DNA of 62,802 nucleotides, the filler included, from Phoronis australis (taxonomy: Eukaryota > Animalia > Phoronida): assembly GCA_002633005.1 (NCBI GenBank). It is 6 parts of 6 records of this genome, joined end to end, with 100 filler letters (N's around TTAATTAATTAA, not from the genome) between each part and the next. Parts side by side here need not be neighbours in the genome. Positions count along the whole stretch, not along the records: positions 1 to 27,993 come from NMRA01000906.1; 5 more parts are not named here. One strand, written 5' to 3'. Below, in pieces: positions 1 through 14,100 of the stretch. Within the stretch, counting starts at the first letter, position 1. Every line of letters starts with the position of its first letter. Under the pieces are notes generated by a model. It ran no database searches and was not told where the DNA came from. It saw only the letters and a list, made by a program, of their open reading frames with translations. Made by a program: the position numbers and the translations under genes.

Positions 1-943
1 GATCATGCACGCCATTCTCTCCGGAGAAATGACATTATTAATTCTTTGTAACGTGTTCGTAACGTAGCCTGTCCTAATTTCGTAGCCTGTGCTACGCAAA
101 TAATCGTTTAACGTAATTTATCAACTTATTTGCATGCATGCAGCATGTGCATTCAGTAGACCCAAGGAATTTGCAAAACCGCAAGATCACACCACAGTTC
201 TCGAGATACCGCCATGCATTACTGTCGGAACACGCTATCTTTCTCGCAAGTGTCTTGCGAGCAGTGTTCCGTAGACCAGTTTTGCGCATCCAATAAAATG
301 GAAATAAATTGGTAGCATTTTAAAGAGTGTCGCGAATTCGCAAAATGTTTGTCGCGGGAGCAGCGCGGACCACTGTTCAAAATCCAATTCCTCTGTTGCA
401 AACGTAGCTTTTTGAATTCCGGCATTCTATCTTGGCAGCGACAAACATGTTCATATCAAAGACCTAACGGGTGGGGCCTTAGCTCCTTCGCAACTTCGGT
501 TAAAAATTCCATCGACATCCGCCAATAACTGTTTTAATTAAAACCGAAGAGCCAAATGACTGCAGACTGACAAACGCGAAAACATACTTAACCTCGTTTC
601 GGGTCTTACTTGGGGAGGATGAACGATTCGCGACCTGTAGTAAGCCTTTCGATGACGCAAGAGTTAAAGGGGAGTAAACCCACACGGTCTGTTGAAAAAA
701 ACATTTGATTTGGGCCCCTTGCCTTATAAAATCAGCCTCGAATTGTACCTTGCTGAGGTTAGTCACGGCTTGCAGCATGATAACTGGTACTGTAGGTGAT
801 TGCTTCATGTCAGGCCTTATTGAGTTGTTTAAGTGGTTAAATTCAGTGACCAGTGCATTATGGCCGTCCGGGTAATTTTAGGCGATTTTTATGTGCAAGT
901 TCTATTCAAACAATGGATAAGAACGCAATTACGTTGACTTGGA

Positions 944-1206
944 CATGGGCGCACCCGGGGGGGGGGTTGGGCAGTCGGGAGGCTCAAATGAGCCCCCTAT
1001 TTGGCGAAGTGGGCAAAAAGGTCCCCCTTAGAGAAAAAAATCTCCGAAAAAAGTATGCAAGGGGACAAAAATCCACTAGAAAGGCGAGGACTTCCAAAAG
1101 TCGGCGAATGCACAATTCATAGCTCTGAGGGTAACCCGCGAATCTTAGTAAAAGATCCACATTCCCCAACATTAGAGCCCCCATTTTTAGGCTGGGTGCG
1201 CACGTG
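944..1206. mobile_element. MITE with hAT-like termini
   Basis: Imperfect TIR CATGGGCGCACCCGGG (944) / GCTGGGTGCGCACGTG (ends 1206). Flanks TTGGA / TTGGT are a possible 5-bp TSD with one mismatch. A similar terminus, TGGGTGCGCGCATG, follows the gap at 55244. Confidence 0.5.
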
Positions 1207-1769
1207 TTGGTACAGCAAATATACCTGTAACAGTGAAGGTAGTTAAATTTTATACCGTCACAACCCTTTCCCCTTTCGTAGTCTGGAAAGAGCGTCCACG
1301 CACTTTGCAGACGGTTTTGAAACGCGAGTTTTTACTTTTACTGACTCATTGACAGTTCACATTGGCAAAACACCGTCCCATCGCTTTTATTTGTGCAGTC
1401 GGACTCAAGGAACCGTCATTGGTGAAAATAAATAGTCGATATTCGTAGTCAAGATGAAATAGAAATTACACATGCAGATAAACAATGATTTGAAATCATT
1501 TTCACACATTTGCATGCATAAGCATGAATAATATAAATGTCCCCATATGTCTAGATTTAATCCCACAAGTATCGTCTAGGAGATAATTGCCGCTCAGTAC
1601 TCACCCAGTATCCAGGTTTTAACGTGGCTCGACGTCGGAAACCATGATCAGAAAAACGAATTAAGACAAAACAGCATGTAATTACAAACACGATGATTCA
1701 TGTGCAGTGTGAGCGCATTCTGTCATAGCTACTGTGGGACTGTGAACGATAACACACAAGTATGAACAA

Positions 1770-2110
1770 TTCTTTACATAAACATCGGCACCTTGAACTA
1801 CATGGCGCTAGATTCATACTTACTGAATATTGAATCAAGTTATTCCAAGCGCAATCCATGTCAGAAACAAATTCTTGGGGTAAATGAAAAAAAGCTTGAC
1901 TCAGTGGCCTAGCCGGGTTAATTTGGCGATAAGACAGAATTCATTAAGAAAATCCCTGACTCCATTTGTCAAATACTGAGACTTAAAGAACAGAGCTGAC
2001 GCTAGATATACAACGAGCGAGGGCCAATTAACTTCAATCAACAAGCACTGCATTAGATGTAGAGACAGAAATATCATCGAGTTATCGCCACTGTTCTGCG
2101 CAAGGCGACT
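1770..2110 (+). pseudogene. possible decayed leucine-rich-repeat coding fragment
   Basis: Frame-shifted translation near 1920-2000 gives NLAIRQNSL/KKIPDSICQILRLKE, and near 2020-2100 GQLTS..TALDV..NIIELSPLFC. This fits LxLxxNxLxxIPxSIxxLxxLxxL but has stops and frameshifts. Confidence 0.3.
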
Positions 2111-5100
2111 TATGGGAGATAAAACGTCATTTGAAATCTTAAATACTCAGAAGTAATTCTCAGTTTTACTCCATAATTCGAACATAAAAAATAACGAATC
2201 GAGCTCAAATGATTTTCGTTTAACTTCGTTCCATGTTTTCCGCATATTTCAAATGGTGTTCCTGGCTTCCAAGAACTGTGAAGAACTCTGAAGTCACCGG
2301 CAGATATGTTATGAAACATCATGCGTGACTCGTCGGTTGTGCTCGTCCGCCTGTCACCACCACTCGGATAAGACGCAGCACGACTACAAGCTCATTCATG
2401 TGCCGTTTTGTGAGTCGGCGCAGAATTTATTAATGATTTAATTTAAAGAGAACCAACTCCATTGTCTGTTTGAAGTTTTAAGACACCACAAATAAGTAGA
2501 CAGGTATCAATTATTGTGGTAAGCGTGCCTCAATTTCCGTAAAACATCCCAAAAAATTGTCACGTTCTGTTTTCTACTGGTTTATAGTACTGACACAATT
2601 GCCCATAATTTTACTATGACCATTTGAGGACAACTGCTCGAGACATCAATCCACTCTACTCACTACTAATTTCTAATAAAACGATTTCACAAAATAAAAC
2701 TACGTGTCTGCAACAATGGCAATTAAAATTCAATAATTATCGTCGTAACCTTAGCAAGAACACAGCAAAGTGCGACCACTGAATTGCATTCATAGTAGAA
2801 TTTGCTCGGTCCACAAAAACTAAAGTTACATACAGTGTACACTACATACCCCCTGTTAGTTCCACCATAAGGGTTCATGTTATCGTCTTCTATTTGAGCA
2901 CGTACAATCAATATCCCATTACACCAAGCTACTTATAAACACATATCGCTTGGTATGAGCAGGGTTCCATCTGTCGCACTAAATTTCAATAACACTTGAT
3001 TAATGCCTGAATTTCGAAGACACAGTCTCCACACTTTGTTGTTATGTTGTAAGTATTGAATGACACAAAACGCGACTCGATCACAAATGTTGAGCTTGTC
3101 CATTTGACGATGCGGAATCGGTGAGATATAAGAAATGACAGCCGCTAACCAGATCCTCGATAGTGTTTACGATATTGATGTAAATGGCAATCAGTCATAA
3201 CTTGTGCTTAAGAACGTTCTCTAATAATGGTAATACCGACATGTATTTTTCATTGTTCATGTGCACCAAATGCACAAGGCATCCTAATACGTCGGATGAC
3301 TTCACTGGCCTACCTGTTGGCAGTTGACAATTAGCCGTTCAGCGCCAATAGATATAACGTCGTTTAAAACATGTGCCAGGCGATACCAATGTCGATATTT
3401 TAATACTGTTTGAATGTGTGCCAAATTTTACAAGATCACTCTTCGGACCACCTAAACTCCGTTAATTGTTTCTGCGGCCAGGTTCTGTTACCTTCACCTT
3501 TTGAATCCTTCACGCCGTGTTTCTTAAAGCAAAGTGCAATCTTGAAAATTTCGTCGACTGAGTTACATTTAATTTTTGTAGAAGTAACAGAATGTGGAAC
3601 TTGTTCTTTACTAAGTAGTATCATACGTCAGCATGGTATGACATTCTGTCAACAAGTTTGAAAACTGAAAGTTGCGGTAACGAATCTAGAATGCACAAGG
3701 TTACATGTGTATGGGTTTTTCTAAACTTAGGTACTGGACGAAGTCGTACCTTTGGCTATCCTTTTTCGCATACGTTTCGGGGTGTTCCGCAGTACCTGAT
3801 AATGAAAGCGGATAAACACTTCTCCAAAGGACGAAACATTCATATCTGACAAAAAATATGCTAATTAGTGGGGAAAGCTAGATAAAGTTCCATAACTATG
3901 AGAACTTTTGATTATGGGATAAAAGTAGGAATAGCAACTTGTTAGTTTAAAAGTTTCTAGACTACAATCTGTTAATATATACTGACGGCGGTGAGCTGCC
4001 TCGTGATATTTAAGGGACCGGTGAGTTGACAAAAATCGTGTAGCTAATATTAACCATTCGTTATGTAGGGAATTGTTACAATTTTAAGATGCATGATCTC
4101 ATTTAATTGTGATTATGCACATGAATTATCAAACAACTCCGGGTACCCCAGCGTGCAGGAAGCCATACAAGAACCAGCTACACTGTACCATTGCAATCTC
4201 GCGAAATTCTCATTTTGCGACACAATTTTTGTGTACATGAGTATGGTGGCTCTCGGAGGACGAAGACCCGATGCCGGCCAAGAGAACAAAGAAGGCATGT
4301 AATTTCATTTTGTCGCCACCTTGGACAACATTCAACATCACGTCATCTTGTGTCTTTGGTAGAGCAAATTGCACAACGCCCACAATTCTTACGAGGACAC
4401 AGGAATGCATGAGCACTGCATAGTGAATAAATCATTTGTTTACTTCACTATCAAATAACGATTGTGTAATTTTGGAATCGCATGTTTTTGCGTGCATCAG
4501 TTGCTTTGCATTTTTAAACCGCATTTTACTTACAACATTTTTCTTTCTCCGGTTATATTTGTACACGCAGTTCTCTAGGACATCACTAGGTGGCGCTTGC
4601 TGTAAATTTAAATATTCAAGGCGTCCATGAGATATAGCTTCGTTAAAACTACGGTTTAGAAATTCCAAGACAGGATTTTGCAGTAAAGGTATTTGGACCT
4701 TATTTCGTGTAGTGAAGAATTTGCATTCTAAAAAAATTGCCAAGGTAAAAATCTACACATAGAATTCGTTTACAAAGAGATTGACCTTGCACTTTTTGGG
4801 CAGTAAGGTACTGCTGGCACGTGCTGCGTGACGAAGGGCTGTGAGAAGCAAGGTTTACCGTGGATGGTGATGTACTTCCAGATGGTTTGGTGTCACCAAT
4901 GACAGTAACCAGCAAATGCATTGTTACAGTACGCTGCGAGATAATAGTCGTTGGTAACTGTAAATGGATTGTCCAACAGGACTACCATGCGAGTGAGTGA
5001 CCAGATTGTTCCCTTAAAGGAGCCTCGATTCAAAGCTTGGGACAGCAGATGAGGCGTTTGGTTATTAATCCTTAAAGTTATCCCTACATAGGGTGCTACT

Positions 5101-6627
5101 ATAGTTACACGTCGTAGTTGTTACTGCATCATTCAACAGCAGGTCTGGACTATTTTAATTAATGGTTAGTACGCAACGATCTAGTATTTTATTGTTCCTT
5201 TTCCGCCCATGTACAATCACAGAGCATAACTGCTGTTTTAACTGCACAATAGGAGGCGTGTTCACTAGTATATAATTTCAGTTGTTTTGAATACTACAAG
5301 ACCAGCTAAGTCTTAATTGTTCCCACGTCTTCTCAGAGTGATAATTACTCATACCACGGCATAATTTGCTGTTCTCTTCCAATTATTCGAGACCAGGATG
5401 GAAAAAAACGATTCTCATCGTCCATTGTTTTTCTCCCTGATGAATCGCGTTTGCAACGCTGTTGGATGGGGGTCGTAACTGACCTCCGGACAGAGTGTTG
5501 CTAGTGTTTGCTATAAGATTTGTCACACCTTGATCCTTACACACGAGAAATGTTTGACATTCCTGGTCTTGAAAAAAAAACTGGTAGTTAAATTCTAACA
5601 AGCAATTTCAACTCAACTAAAATATAATCTAAACGCTTACTAATTTGGGAAGATATACGCACCTTTGCTGGATTAAATTCTACATTCTAAATTCTAAATT
5701 CAATAAGATACTCGCTTATTTTTGCTGACCTGTTGTTAAGGTCAGGCAACAGATATATGTACAAAACCGCTTAATATTCCCTTCAACATATTATAGATTT
5801 ATACCACTCACCGCTATTTAACTGACCATAAATCATTCTTCTCTCAAACGAGACTAGACAGTGCTTTCTGAGAATGAAAATGGTTCGTCATTGCCTAAAA
5901 CCATGCTCGGCGTATAAAATGGCTGACTTTCACGAGAGAGCGAGATTGTTGAGCTTAGTCCCAAGCATAAAAGAACAGTCTGTTACATCCGAGCCAAGAA
6001 ATCTTTGATGCGAACAAATCGATATGATAAGTGAATTAAATAAAAAAAAAAAAAAAAAAATAGCTTCAGACGAAAGGTTTGTTTCTAGTAGGTTAGAATA
6101 CAGATCCCTTGGCCTAAAAGGTATAGACCGGGAAATTTATGAACGTAAACGTTCACCCAACTTGCAAAGAGATATAAAGCGCATCCCACCAACCATTCAC
6201 TCTCCCCGTCACCTCAGTACGCTAACATCGGACACGTTGCTAACATGACACACAGACTAAGCTTAAGACAACCCCATACAAGAGTCATTTAGATGAAGGA
6301 GTGTCACTTTTTGCCTAACATAGACTCTTTAGACAACCCAAAAGAGAAAAGGTTGGATTGCAATGACTGTTGATGTAGACACCACGCGCGCACATCGGCT
6401 GATCAGGAACAAACGCAGATTTTCCGTCGGGTGAACGCTTCCTCAGTGCGATGTGCGAACTTCTGACTTGAAGCCAATCATTCTCAAGTTTGAAAGTGGC
6501 AAGAATTGCCATATGACTGAAGTCGCACGCGCGGAGATAACTTACACTTCCGAGAGGAAATACGCGATTCCTTGGTCTGTCTGCCATGCTTGTGCCCTAC
6601 ATGTACCCATGCAGTACCTTCATTGTT

Positions 6628-7616
6628 CAGTGGCGGTTNNNNNNNNNNNNNNNNNNNNNNNNNNNNNNNNNNNNNNNNNNNNNNNNNNNNNNNNNNNNNN
6701 NNNNNNNNNNNNNNNNNNNNNNNNNNNNNNNNNNNNNNNNNNNNNNNNNNNNNNNNNNCAAGGGGGGGGGGGGCAACCTTTTGTCTCTAAACATTCTCTC
6801 AAAGCATGATTGTAGATGCGAATAGCACCGAACGGGGGGAGGCCGGAGAGGGTTTGTCCCCTTCCGGTCCAGGAAATGTTTCTGTTTTTGCCTCTAAATA
6901 TCAAGCATTTTCCTTGATTCCCGAAGTATTATCCAAGAAAAATAGGCAAAAAAGAAGGCGTCAACCAGGAAAATCTGCAAGTACCACAGACTTGAACTCG
7001 CTACCTAGCGGAGAGAGAGCGACTGCTTCTGCACCACCACGATTCAACTCGTAATGTGACACTAAGAAACCTACTTGTTTATGGTCAACAGCGTTTGCGC
7101 GCGAAACCTTCTTCTTTTTATAATGCTTATTACATGTTTTATATTTTGTGCAATCAGTTCGTAACAAATTTGTTGTATTTAAAATAGTCTTCAGTTGCCC
7201 AAAGTAGTAAATCCGCGTTTTGTGTTGGCAATAATGACGCGATTGCTTTGAAAATCGCCTTAAATTAAGATTTGACAAAGAGAAAATTATGAGTTTCTGA
7301 GTGATTCAATAAAGCTTCGATTAAAATTGACATCTTACCAGCAGCTTACGTTTTTTCACCATCACTCAGATTCCATTTTCTTTCAAAAATGAAGTAATTT
7401 TCTGCCGGTCGCCTGAGATATAGCGGGAGGGCCTATACTTAGCCATACATGTAGTTTGCGCCGTTTTCCGAATTTGACACTTGAAATTGGATCTGAGTTC
7501 CCCACCCGTTTCAGCCGCATTATTTTGATTACCGAAGTTAATGAATAATCACAACATTTCCTTACGCTCTTGCTGTTTTATTTTTTTACTGCAGCNCCCC
7601 CCTTAACCTGCCTATG
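6628..7616. mobile_element. non-autonomous DNA transposon, hAT-like ends, 5-bp TSD, spans gap 6639-6758
   Basis: Starts CAGTGGCGGTT and ends TTAACCTGCCTATG, with TTGTT on both sides. Its body (6759-7505) is homologous to 28094-28899. Confidence 0.5.
6981..7040 (-). repeat. degenerate tRNA-derived (SINE-head-like) segment inside the element
   Basis: Reverse complement has GTGGTGGTGCAG.. and GAGTTCAAGTC (decayed A and B boxes). A better copy is at 28311-28375. Confidence 0.45.
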
Positions 7617-8702
7617 TTGTTTTGGTCAATTTGGCAAGCTTGCGTTCCTAAATAACCATAACTCCATGGACCAAATGAAACTCATCGATTGCTTGAGCAG
7701 AAACATTCATTGACACAAAATTGATTCATTCGAGTTTGAAGTTTGCGACTTAGTCTTGACTAAATTAGCGCAGCGTGAGACTTTAATTACATGCAATTCA
7801 GACACGTGACCTGTATGTAAATACTTACGTGGGATTAAGGCGGAGTCCCAGTTGTACACATCTTATGGGTTATCAATAGGGCCATCCCGGAACTCTCCAT
7901 CGACCCGGAGATAAGAAAGCACGTGTGATCTCATTTTGGAAATCAGGCACATTTTCGTGTTTCTCATTGATGCCGGGAAGGCGAAGCTGGAATTTCAGAT
8001 CACGCATCCACGGGTACTTGTCCAGTTTATCAAAAAGTTCACGTCGGAGTTGCAGCCCACAGCACAGCAGCAATAAATGTGCTTCGTTGGCATTGGAAGG
8101 ACGAGTAGAGTAATGTAACCGAAAAATCTTGTAAAGAATCAGAAAACAACAACGGTCCTTTGTTGCCAACATTCATGGTTTCGGTGCCCAACGAAACAAA
8201 ATCTAGAGCCTGTGCTACTCATAATATAATGACTCAATTACCAAGTCCGTTTGCAGTATTCGCCGGCCGGCAATTCTGAAACTTCGACAACAATGATGAG
8301 TCACGTCACCCCATTATCCCTGCATGCACTGCAAGGTGGCAGGGAACGGCAAACATTAAATGTGCGACTGAGGTAACTGTGTGTACACATTTTAGTGAAA
8401 ACGACGCTATAATGTTGCTTTTCTATTATAATGGGTCATTATTGGCGAAAATCTAAGCTTTTTGAAATTAAACTTAGCACAGAATCAATATTGAAGCTGT
8501 GCTGTCGCGGTCTAACGCTCTACTGGTAGAGACGCTCTACTGATAGAGCGTGTAACAGGTAGAGGCCGGTAAATGCTTGTCTGACAACGCTGATAATTGG
8601 CTAACCGAATAACTTCGATAGGTTATCCCATCCAACTATAACCCTAATGACACTTTAAAGTGACATAATTGAATCGGACGTTTTGACCAGCACTGCCTTT
8701 GG

Positions 8703-8862
8703 ACTGACCACACATATATATTCTGCACCTAGCAGGAGTGTACTGACCATACAGTATATATTCTACACCTAGCAGGAGTGTACTGGCCATACAGTATATA
8801 TTCTACACCTAGCAGGAGTGTACTGGTCACACAGTATATATTCTACACCTAGCATGAGTGTA
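8703..8862. repeat. 40-bp minisatellite, ~4 copies
   Basis: Unit ACAGTATATATTCTACACCTAGCAGGAGTGTACTGGCCAT is read directly. Confidence 0.9.
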
Positions 8863-9078
8863 GAGCCGTCCACTGTATATAAAGTACATTCAATTACAGT
8901 AGGGTCAGTACGCTCAATGATGTGCTTCCTAACTCTGGAAATATAGAGTCTTCCCTTCAGCGCAATGAGTAGCAGGGTCAACGCCGTGGGGAGACATAAA
9001 TACGCCTTCCCTTCCGTTTGGATATACACTGTGCCGCTTATAATATACGAGAATGGCTTTCTCGAACAAGCGATAAAT

Positions 9079-9645
9079 ATGAAGCGCCGAAGTGTTCTGA
9101 AACGAGTTCCTTTCTGCGCGTATAATGTGCTTAATACACGAGCACTTTTAATCAGTTCGCAAAATTCAATCACGCCCGTGCTCTCAAGTCACAAAATGGG
9201 AGAAGACTTTCGACGTGTGTTCAAGGTATGAAGCGCCAAAGGGTTCCTCAATCAGTACATTTCTGCGCGTAGAAATGTGCTTAATCTACGCGTACTTTTA
9301 TTTAATCTACGCGAACATTCGGTTGATCCAGGCGTATTTCTTAAACGATCACGGTTCTGTTATTAATCAGCAAAGTTAATGGCGCTATCATCCACCTAAC
9401 AAGAATATGCAACGTTATTCAAAATTTGCCTTTCTATGAAGCGCCAAAGGATTCTTTAACGAGGACATTCCTTTGCGTAGAAATGTGCTTAATCTACAAG
9501 TACTCAATTGCTTAACGTACGCGTACGTTTAGTTCTTAAAGGAGCGGAACGATGAAAGAACTAAAAGTACGTGTAGGTTAAGCAAGAATGTGAGTAGATT
9601 AAGCACATTTGTACGCGCAGAACGGTACTCGTTTAAGAACCTTTT
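9079..9645. repeat. ~70-bp unit in three direct copies and one inverted copy
   Basis: ATGAAGCGCC..GTTCT..AACGAG..TTCTGCGCGTA.AAATGTGCTTAATCTAC at ~9079, ~9228 and ~9436. Inverted copy at ~9585-9645 (GTAGATTAAGCACATTTGTACGCGCAGAA). Confidence 0.75.
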
Positions 9646-9680
9646 GCATGCCTTGAAATTGTGTAATTTCACGAAAACCT

Positions 9681-11195
9681 GTTTTATTATGCCGTCATCT
9701 CCGTCTGTCCGTTCGGCGTCCGTCCGGCGTCCGTCCGTCCCGCGTCCGGCGTCCGCTGCTCTATCTTCAAAGCGCCTAAACGTATGTTCATGAAATTATG
9801 CACATCTGTTCCTTCGGACGGATTCGACTACCGGAGTTCCCCTAGTGGCAATTTTAATTTTTTTACGTTTACCTCTGTATCTCCAAAAGTCCAGAACGGA
9901 TTTTCATAAAATTTGGTTTATAGGCACCTATTAGGGAGATGACGATATCCTTAAGTTTTCAGATGGATTTGACGTGGTTTGCGCCACCTATTGGCCGTTT
10001 TACTGTTTTCGAGTTTTGTTTTTTTGCGTCCAACCCTCTATCAACCAAGCTGCTCAACGGATGATTGTGAAAATTGGCATGTATGCTCTATAAAGTGGAC
10101 GGCTGACGATGACTTTCCGACGACTTCGACTAATGTGGCGCCTCCTAGTGGCAGTTTTTTTTTTCGCCTATGGCTGTATCTCCTTAACTGTTCGCAGGAT
10201 CTTTACTAAATTTACTTAGTGTATTTATATGATGTTAACAACCGAGGACGAAGACTTTCAGACGGATCTGACTACTGGTGTGCCACCTAGCGGTAATTTT
10301 ACTTTTTACGACGTCCTCAACGTAATTTCATAAAATTTGGCATGCATACATCTTTTAATGAGGTGACGCTATCTCCCCGTTGCCAGATAGATTCGACCTA
10401 GTTTGCGCCACCTAATGGCCATTTTTACTGTTTTCGTCCACTGGTCTGTCAACCAAGCGGCTTTCAGGGTAATTGTGAAAATTTGCATGTATGGTTTACT
10501 ATGAAGTGGACAGCTGACGATGATTTTCCAACGAGGTCGGCTACTGTGGCGCCTCCTAATGGCAGTTTTGTTGTTTTTGCGCTCATGGCTGTATCTCTTA
10601 ACCGTTAGCAGGATCTTTACTTAATTTAGCAAGAGTGGTTATATGATGTTGTCAATGGACGACGACGACTTCGGACGGATCTGACCTCTGGTGTGCCTCC
10701 TAGTGGCAATTTTAATTTTTTACGTTGACCAGTCTGTGTCTTTAAAGGCCCTCAACAGATTTTCATAAAATTTTGAATATAGGCATCTATTGGTGAGATG
10801 ACGCTATCATCCTGTTTTTGGATGGAATCGAGGTATTTTACGCCTGGAGGCCATTTTTGCTGTTTTCAAATCTTGTTTTTGGCGTCCACCCCTCGATCAA
10901 CCAAATCATTCTAGGGATGGTGTTCATGTTTTCAGTGTGAAGAGGACGTTTGATGATGGTAACTGTCTACTGTGGCGCCTCCTAGTGGTATTTTTGTTTT
11001 GATTTGCGCCCATAGCTGTATCTTCAAAACCCACTGCAGACTTTTTCCTAAATTTAGTAAGTGAATTTATATGAAGACGACGACTTTCAGGCGAATGGAA
11101 CGGACACTGTGCCCACAAGTGGCAATTTCATTTAGTTCTGTTTTTATTTGTTTCTCTGAAGTTCCCCTATTGTAGTTGGCCTTGATACTCAGGTT
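9681..11195 (+). mobile_element. HINE-like (Helentron-associated) element with internal satellite
   Basis: T-rich start, then a (GTCC/CGTC)n microsatellite at 9700-9755. About ten ~145-bp subunits follow, each with GCGCCACCTAGTGGC-like and AAATTTGG motifs, in a ~410-430-bp higher-order period. The head matches the reverse complement of 57630-57676. Confidence 0.65.
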
Positions 11196-14100
11196 TGTCT
11201 GACAATATTAGAAATGCTAGAGTGTCACATCACCCGACATTACTTTTGTCCCTTCATCTGATGTGTCATAAGCGTTTAATGGTGGGCTTCACGTTTCGAC
11301 CTCAGCTACATGTACATGTAGAGTTAGCACGGTGTGTCCATTTCAGAGTAACCTGCCTTCGACAGGATGCTTAAAATAACGATTATTTAACTGGGTTAAA
11401 AATGAATGGGTTTGAATTGTAACTTAAAAGGATTTATGCATTTAAATTAGATAAACGTATAAATGACGATTTTGTCAGTTTGACGAAGGGAAAACCCATA
11501 TAGTGAATGTTGTTGAAGCGTTTAACCTTGAACGGGACCGTATACAACTACATTAAAGGTTTTAGCTAACACATTCTATTGTTCTTTGTAAGTGACCTTT
11601 GTCACTGTTCGGTTGTAGCTTGTATAGAGATACATCTACACAAACAGATCTTGCTCTTATCTAAGTATCCTTCGTATTTTTGAGGATTTTAATACGAAAA
11701 GCCAATTCTTACAGGTACCTACCAGACATTCGTTTAAATCAAGTCCCGCAACATAGCCGGTTAAAAACGCATAACAAACCCTGGCATTTATCGAGTGCGT
11801 GTTAGCTCCGACAACAATTAGCCGTTGGATCAATTCCTTGCTGAGACTGATCTTAGAAAATCACTTTTCGCGCCGGTAATATCTTTTTAATTTTGCCAGA
11901 CATCTAAAAACATAATTAATAACTTCTTTGGCCAAAACCGATTATCAGGAAAACCGTGTTTTGAATAAATGAACCTTTTGACTCAGGTGTCGAGTTGTTG
12001 GCATAGATGGGAAAGCATATCGGAGATTTTCGTTTTGAAGCTGATCAACATTATATTTGGATAATTACGAAGTTGCTCCCAAAGCGCTTCCGAGCAACTG
12101 GAAGGTGTCGTATAGTTTGCACTTGCATTAAATTTACGCAAAATCAACTTCTAAATTATCGGATGTAAATTGGTTTTCCTACAGGGCAACACATATCTCT
12201 TTAATCCACCATGGTATCTTCTGAGCACGTGGTTGTTGCTCGATATATCACAGAGTTATAACTTTTAATGGTTACCATATGCTGGTAACTTGTGCCCTGG
12301 ATCTGACGTCGTCCAACGTGTTGTCACTATTGCTTCTTGCAAAACCATTACTATTATGGCTACGGTCCTTTAACATACGTAACGATAGAAGGTGTGCCTA
12401 CACACAATTACGTTAATGATGTAAAAGTTGGGAGCCAAATCTTGCTTTTTGTTTCGTACTATATGTCCGTTTTATATTCCATGCGACAAACTTGGTGAAC
12501 TATGTGCGATAGTCTAAGGAATGCAAGCACCGGTTTTGTTTACAAACTTGTTAAGATTGTTTGGTTTAGTAGTAAAACTGTTTGAAGAATACATGTAAGA
12601 CCACAGTATTCGTGGCGTGTGTTGTGAATTACGTGTTTTTTAACTAGTTAACGAGCTAATTTGGTTGAACAAATTTTAATTCATGGTTCTTATGCAAAAT
12701 ATATTTGGTTAAAAAAGAGAGATGCATTTTCTGTCGGATAGCTTTCACAGACACTTGCTAATAGTCTCTGTAAATTTTTGTATAATTAAGTGTACAGTTA
12801 CAGCGTACATGTACACTTAAATTGCCAAGACCTATATTGTCCGTTTCGAGAGTTCGTGTTAGTTAGATATTATTGTTATGAAGGTGGTCAGTACATAGTA
12901 GATAACAAAATTATCTCACAGGTAACACAACTACATTGAACATGTACGGCAAAACTACCCGAGTTACTGAGTTTCAGTCTAGTTTATGTTCACGATATGA
13001 AGACGAAAACATTCAACACAACATCGTCAGTTTATTCATGCACGCATAAATTAAAAATATTAACATATCGGTTTGACGTAAAACTTTCTTTATTTTGGCA
13101 ACGTTTATTTTTATTGCGACTTTTATCCCATTATTGTAATTTAACGAGACATTGTGTGACTTTGTTCCATTGTAACAAACCCTAAGCAACACAGTGTGCA
13201 GGACAGTTTCAACACGCTATATTCGCTTTATGAAAATACGCGCGGACGAATAAATGCTTACTAGTAAGACACACATTAAAAAGACAAGTTTAGGCTCAAC
13301 ATTTTCTGAAAATACGCATCCGCTGTTTTTGAAATTACGGCCAGGTGTATGTTCGGTTTCATTTAACGCCTTTGAACGGTCACTTTCCGAACATGCGCCA
13401 ACGAACCTATTTCCGGAAATTCCCGGTATTACACGTATTTCGTCATTCATATATTTACCAATTGATTTATTTAATAATTTATTAATTTCTGAATGAGCCC
13501 GTCTATTGAATTAATAATTATTCATTCAATGATTCACCAATCAAAATACTCCAGACCCTTTTGATTTACGTACGTGGCTATCGGTGACCAGTGCACTTTG
13601 CTTGCAAACATTATAAAAACGTCAAATCCGTATGATTCATCCATTTTTATAACTCAAAATCTGTTTATGTTTAAACACTCTAATAGTTGGGGCCTGAAGA
13701 TCACAAACGATCTTGTCATATATATGACCTGTCAGACACTCTACGCCAACAGTTGGCGGAAGGAACGCTACAACGATATTTTCTTAGTCAAGAAACAAGT
13801 TCAAATTTGGGATTATTTAGAGAACCATTTTTGTCCATTTCTACTAACGAGCATTAAACTGGTTCTCAAAATGTGAGCACGTTACATCGGTTCATCTATG
13901 AGTTGGAAAATAAAAATAACGATGACGTCAGAATACTGCTGGAAAGCAAGCAAGTAAACTTCATAGAACACGGAAAATCAGTTCACCCATGTTACATAGT
14001 GTTTCAACAAAGAGCCGGTGTAGCATTATGTGTTGGTCCCCAGAAAAAAACTGATCCCTGGTCCTGTTTAACGAGTCTAAAAATAATGTGAACATATTGG

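Noticed and set aside
2847-3006. Minus-strand exon-like segment with WCNG and EDD, reminiscent of an LDL-receptor class A repeat
   Set aside because: It has an in-frame stop, and the cysteine spacing needs several frameshifts.
4795-4955. Cys/Trp-rich stretch faintly like a macin-type antimicrobial peptide
   Set aside because: The motif appears only by mixing frames; no signal-peptide exon was found.
11285-11325. Half hammerhead on the minus strand (GAGGTC-GAAA-CGT)
   Set aside because: There is no CUGAnGA box and the loop is disrupted by TACATGTACATGTA; at most a PLE relic.
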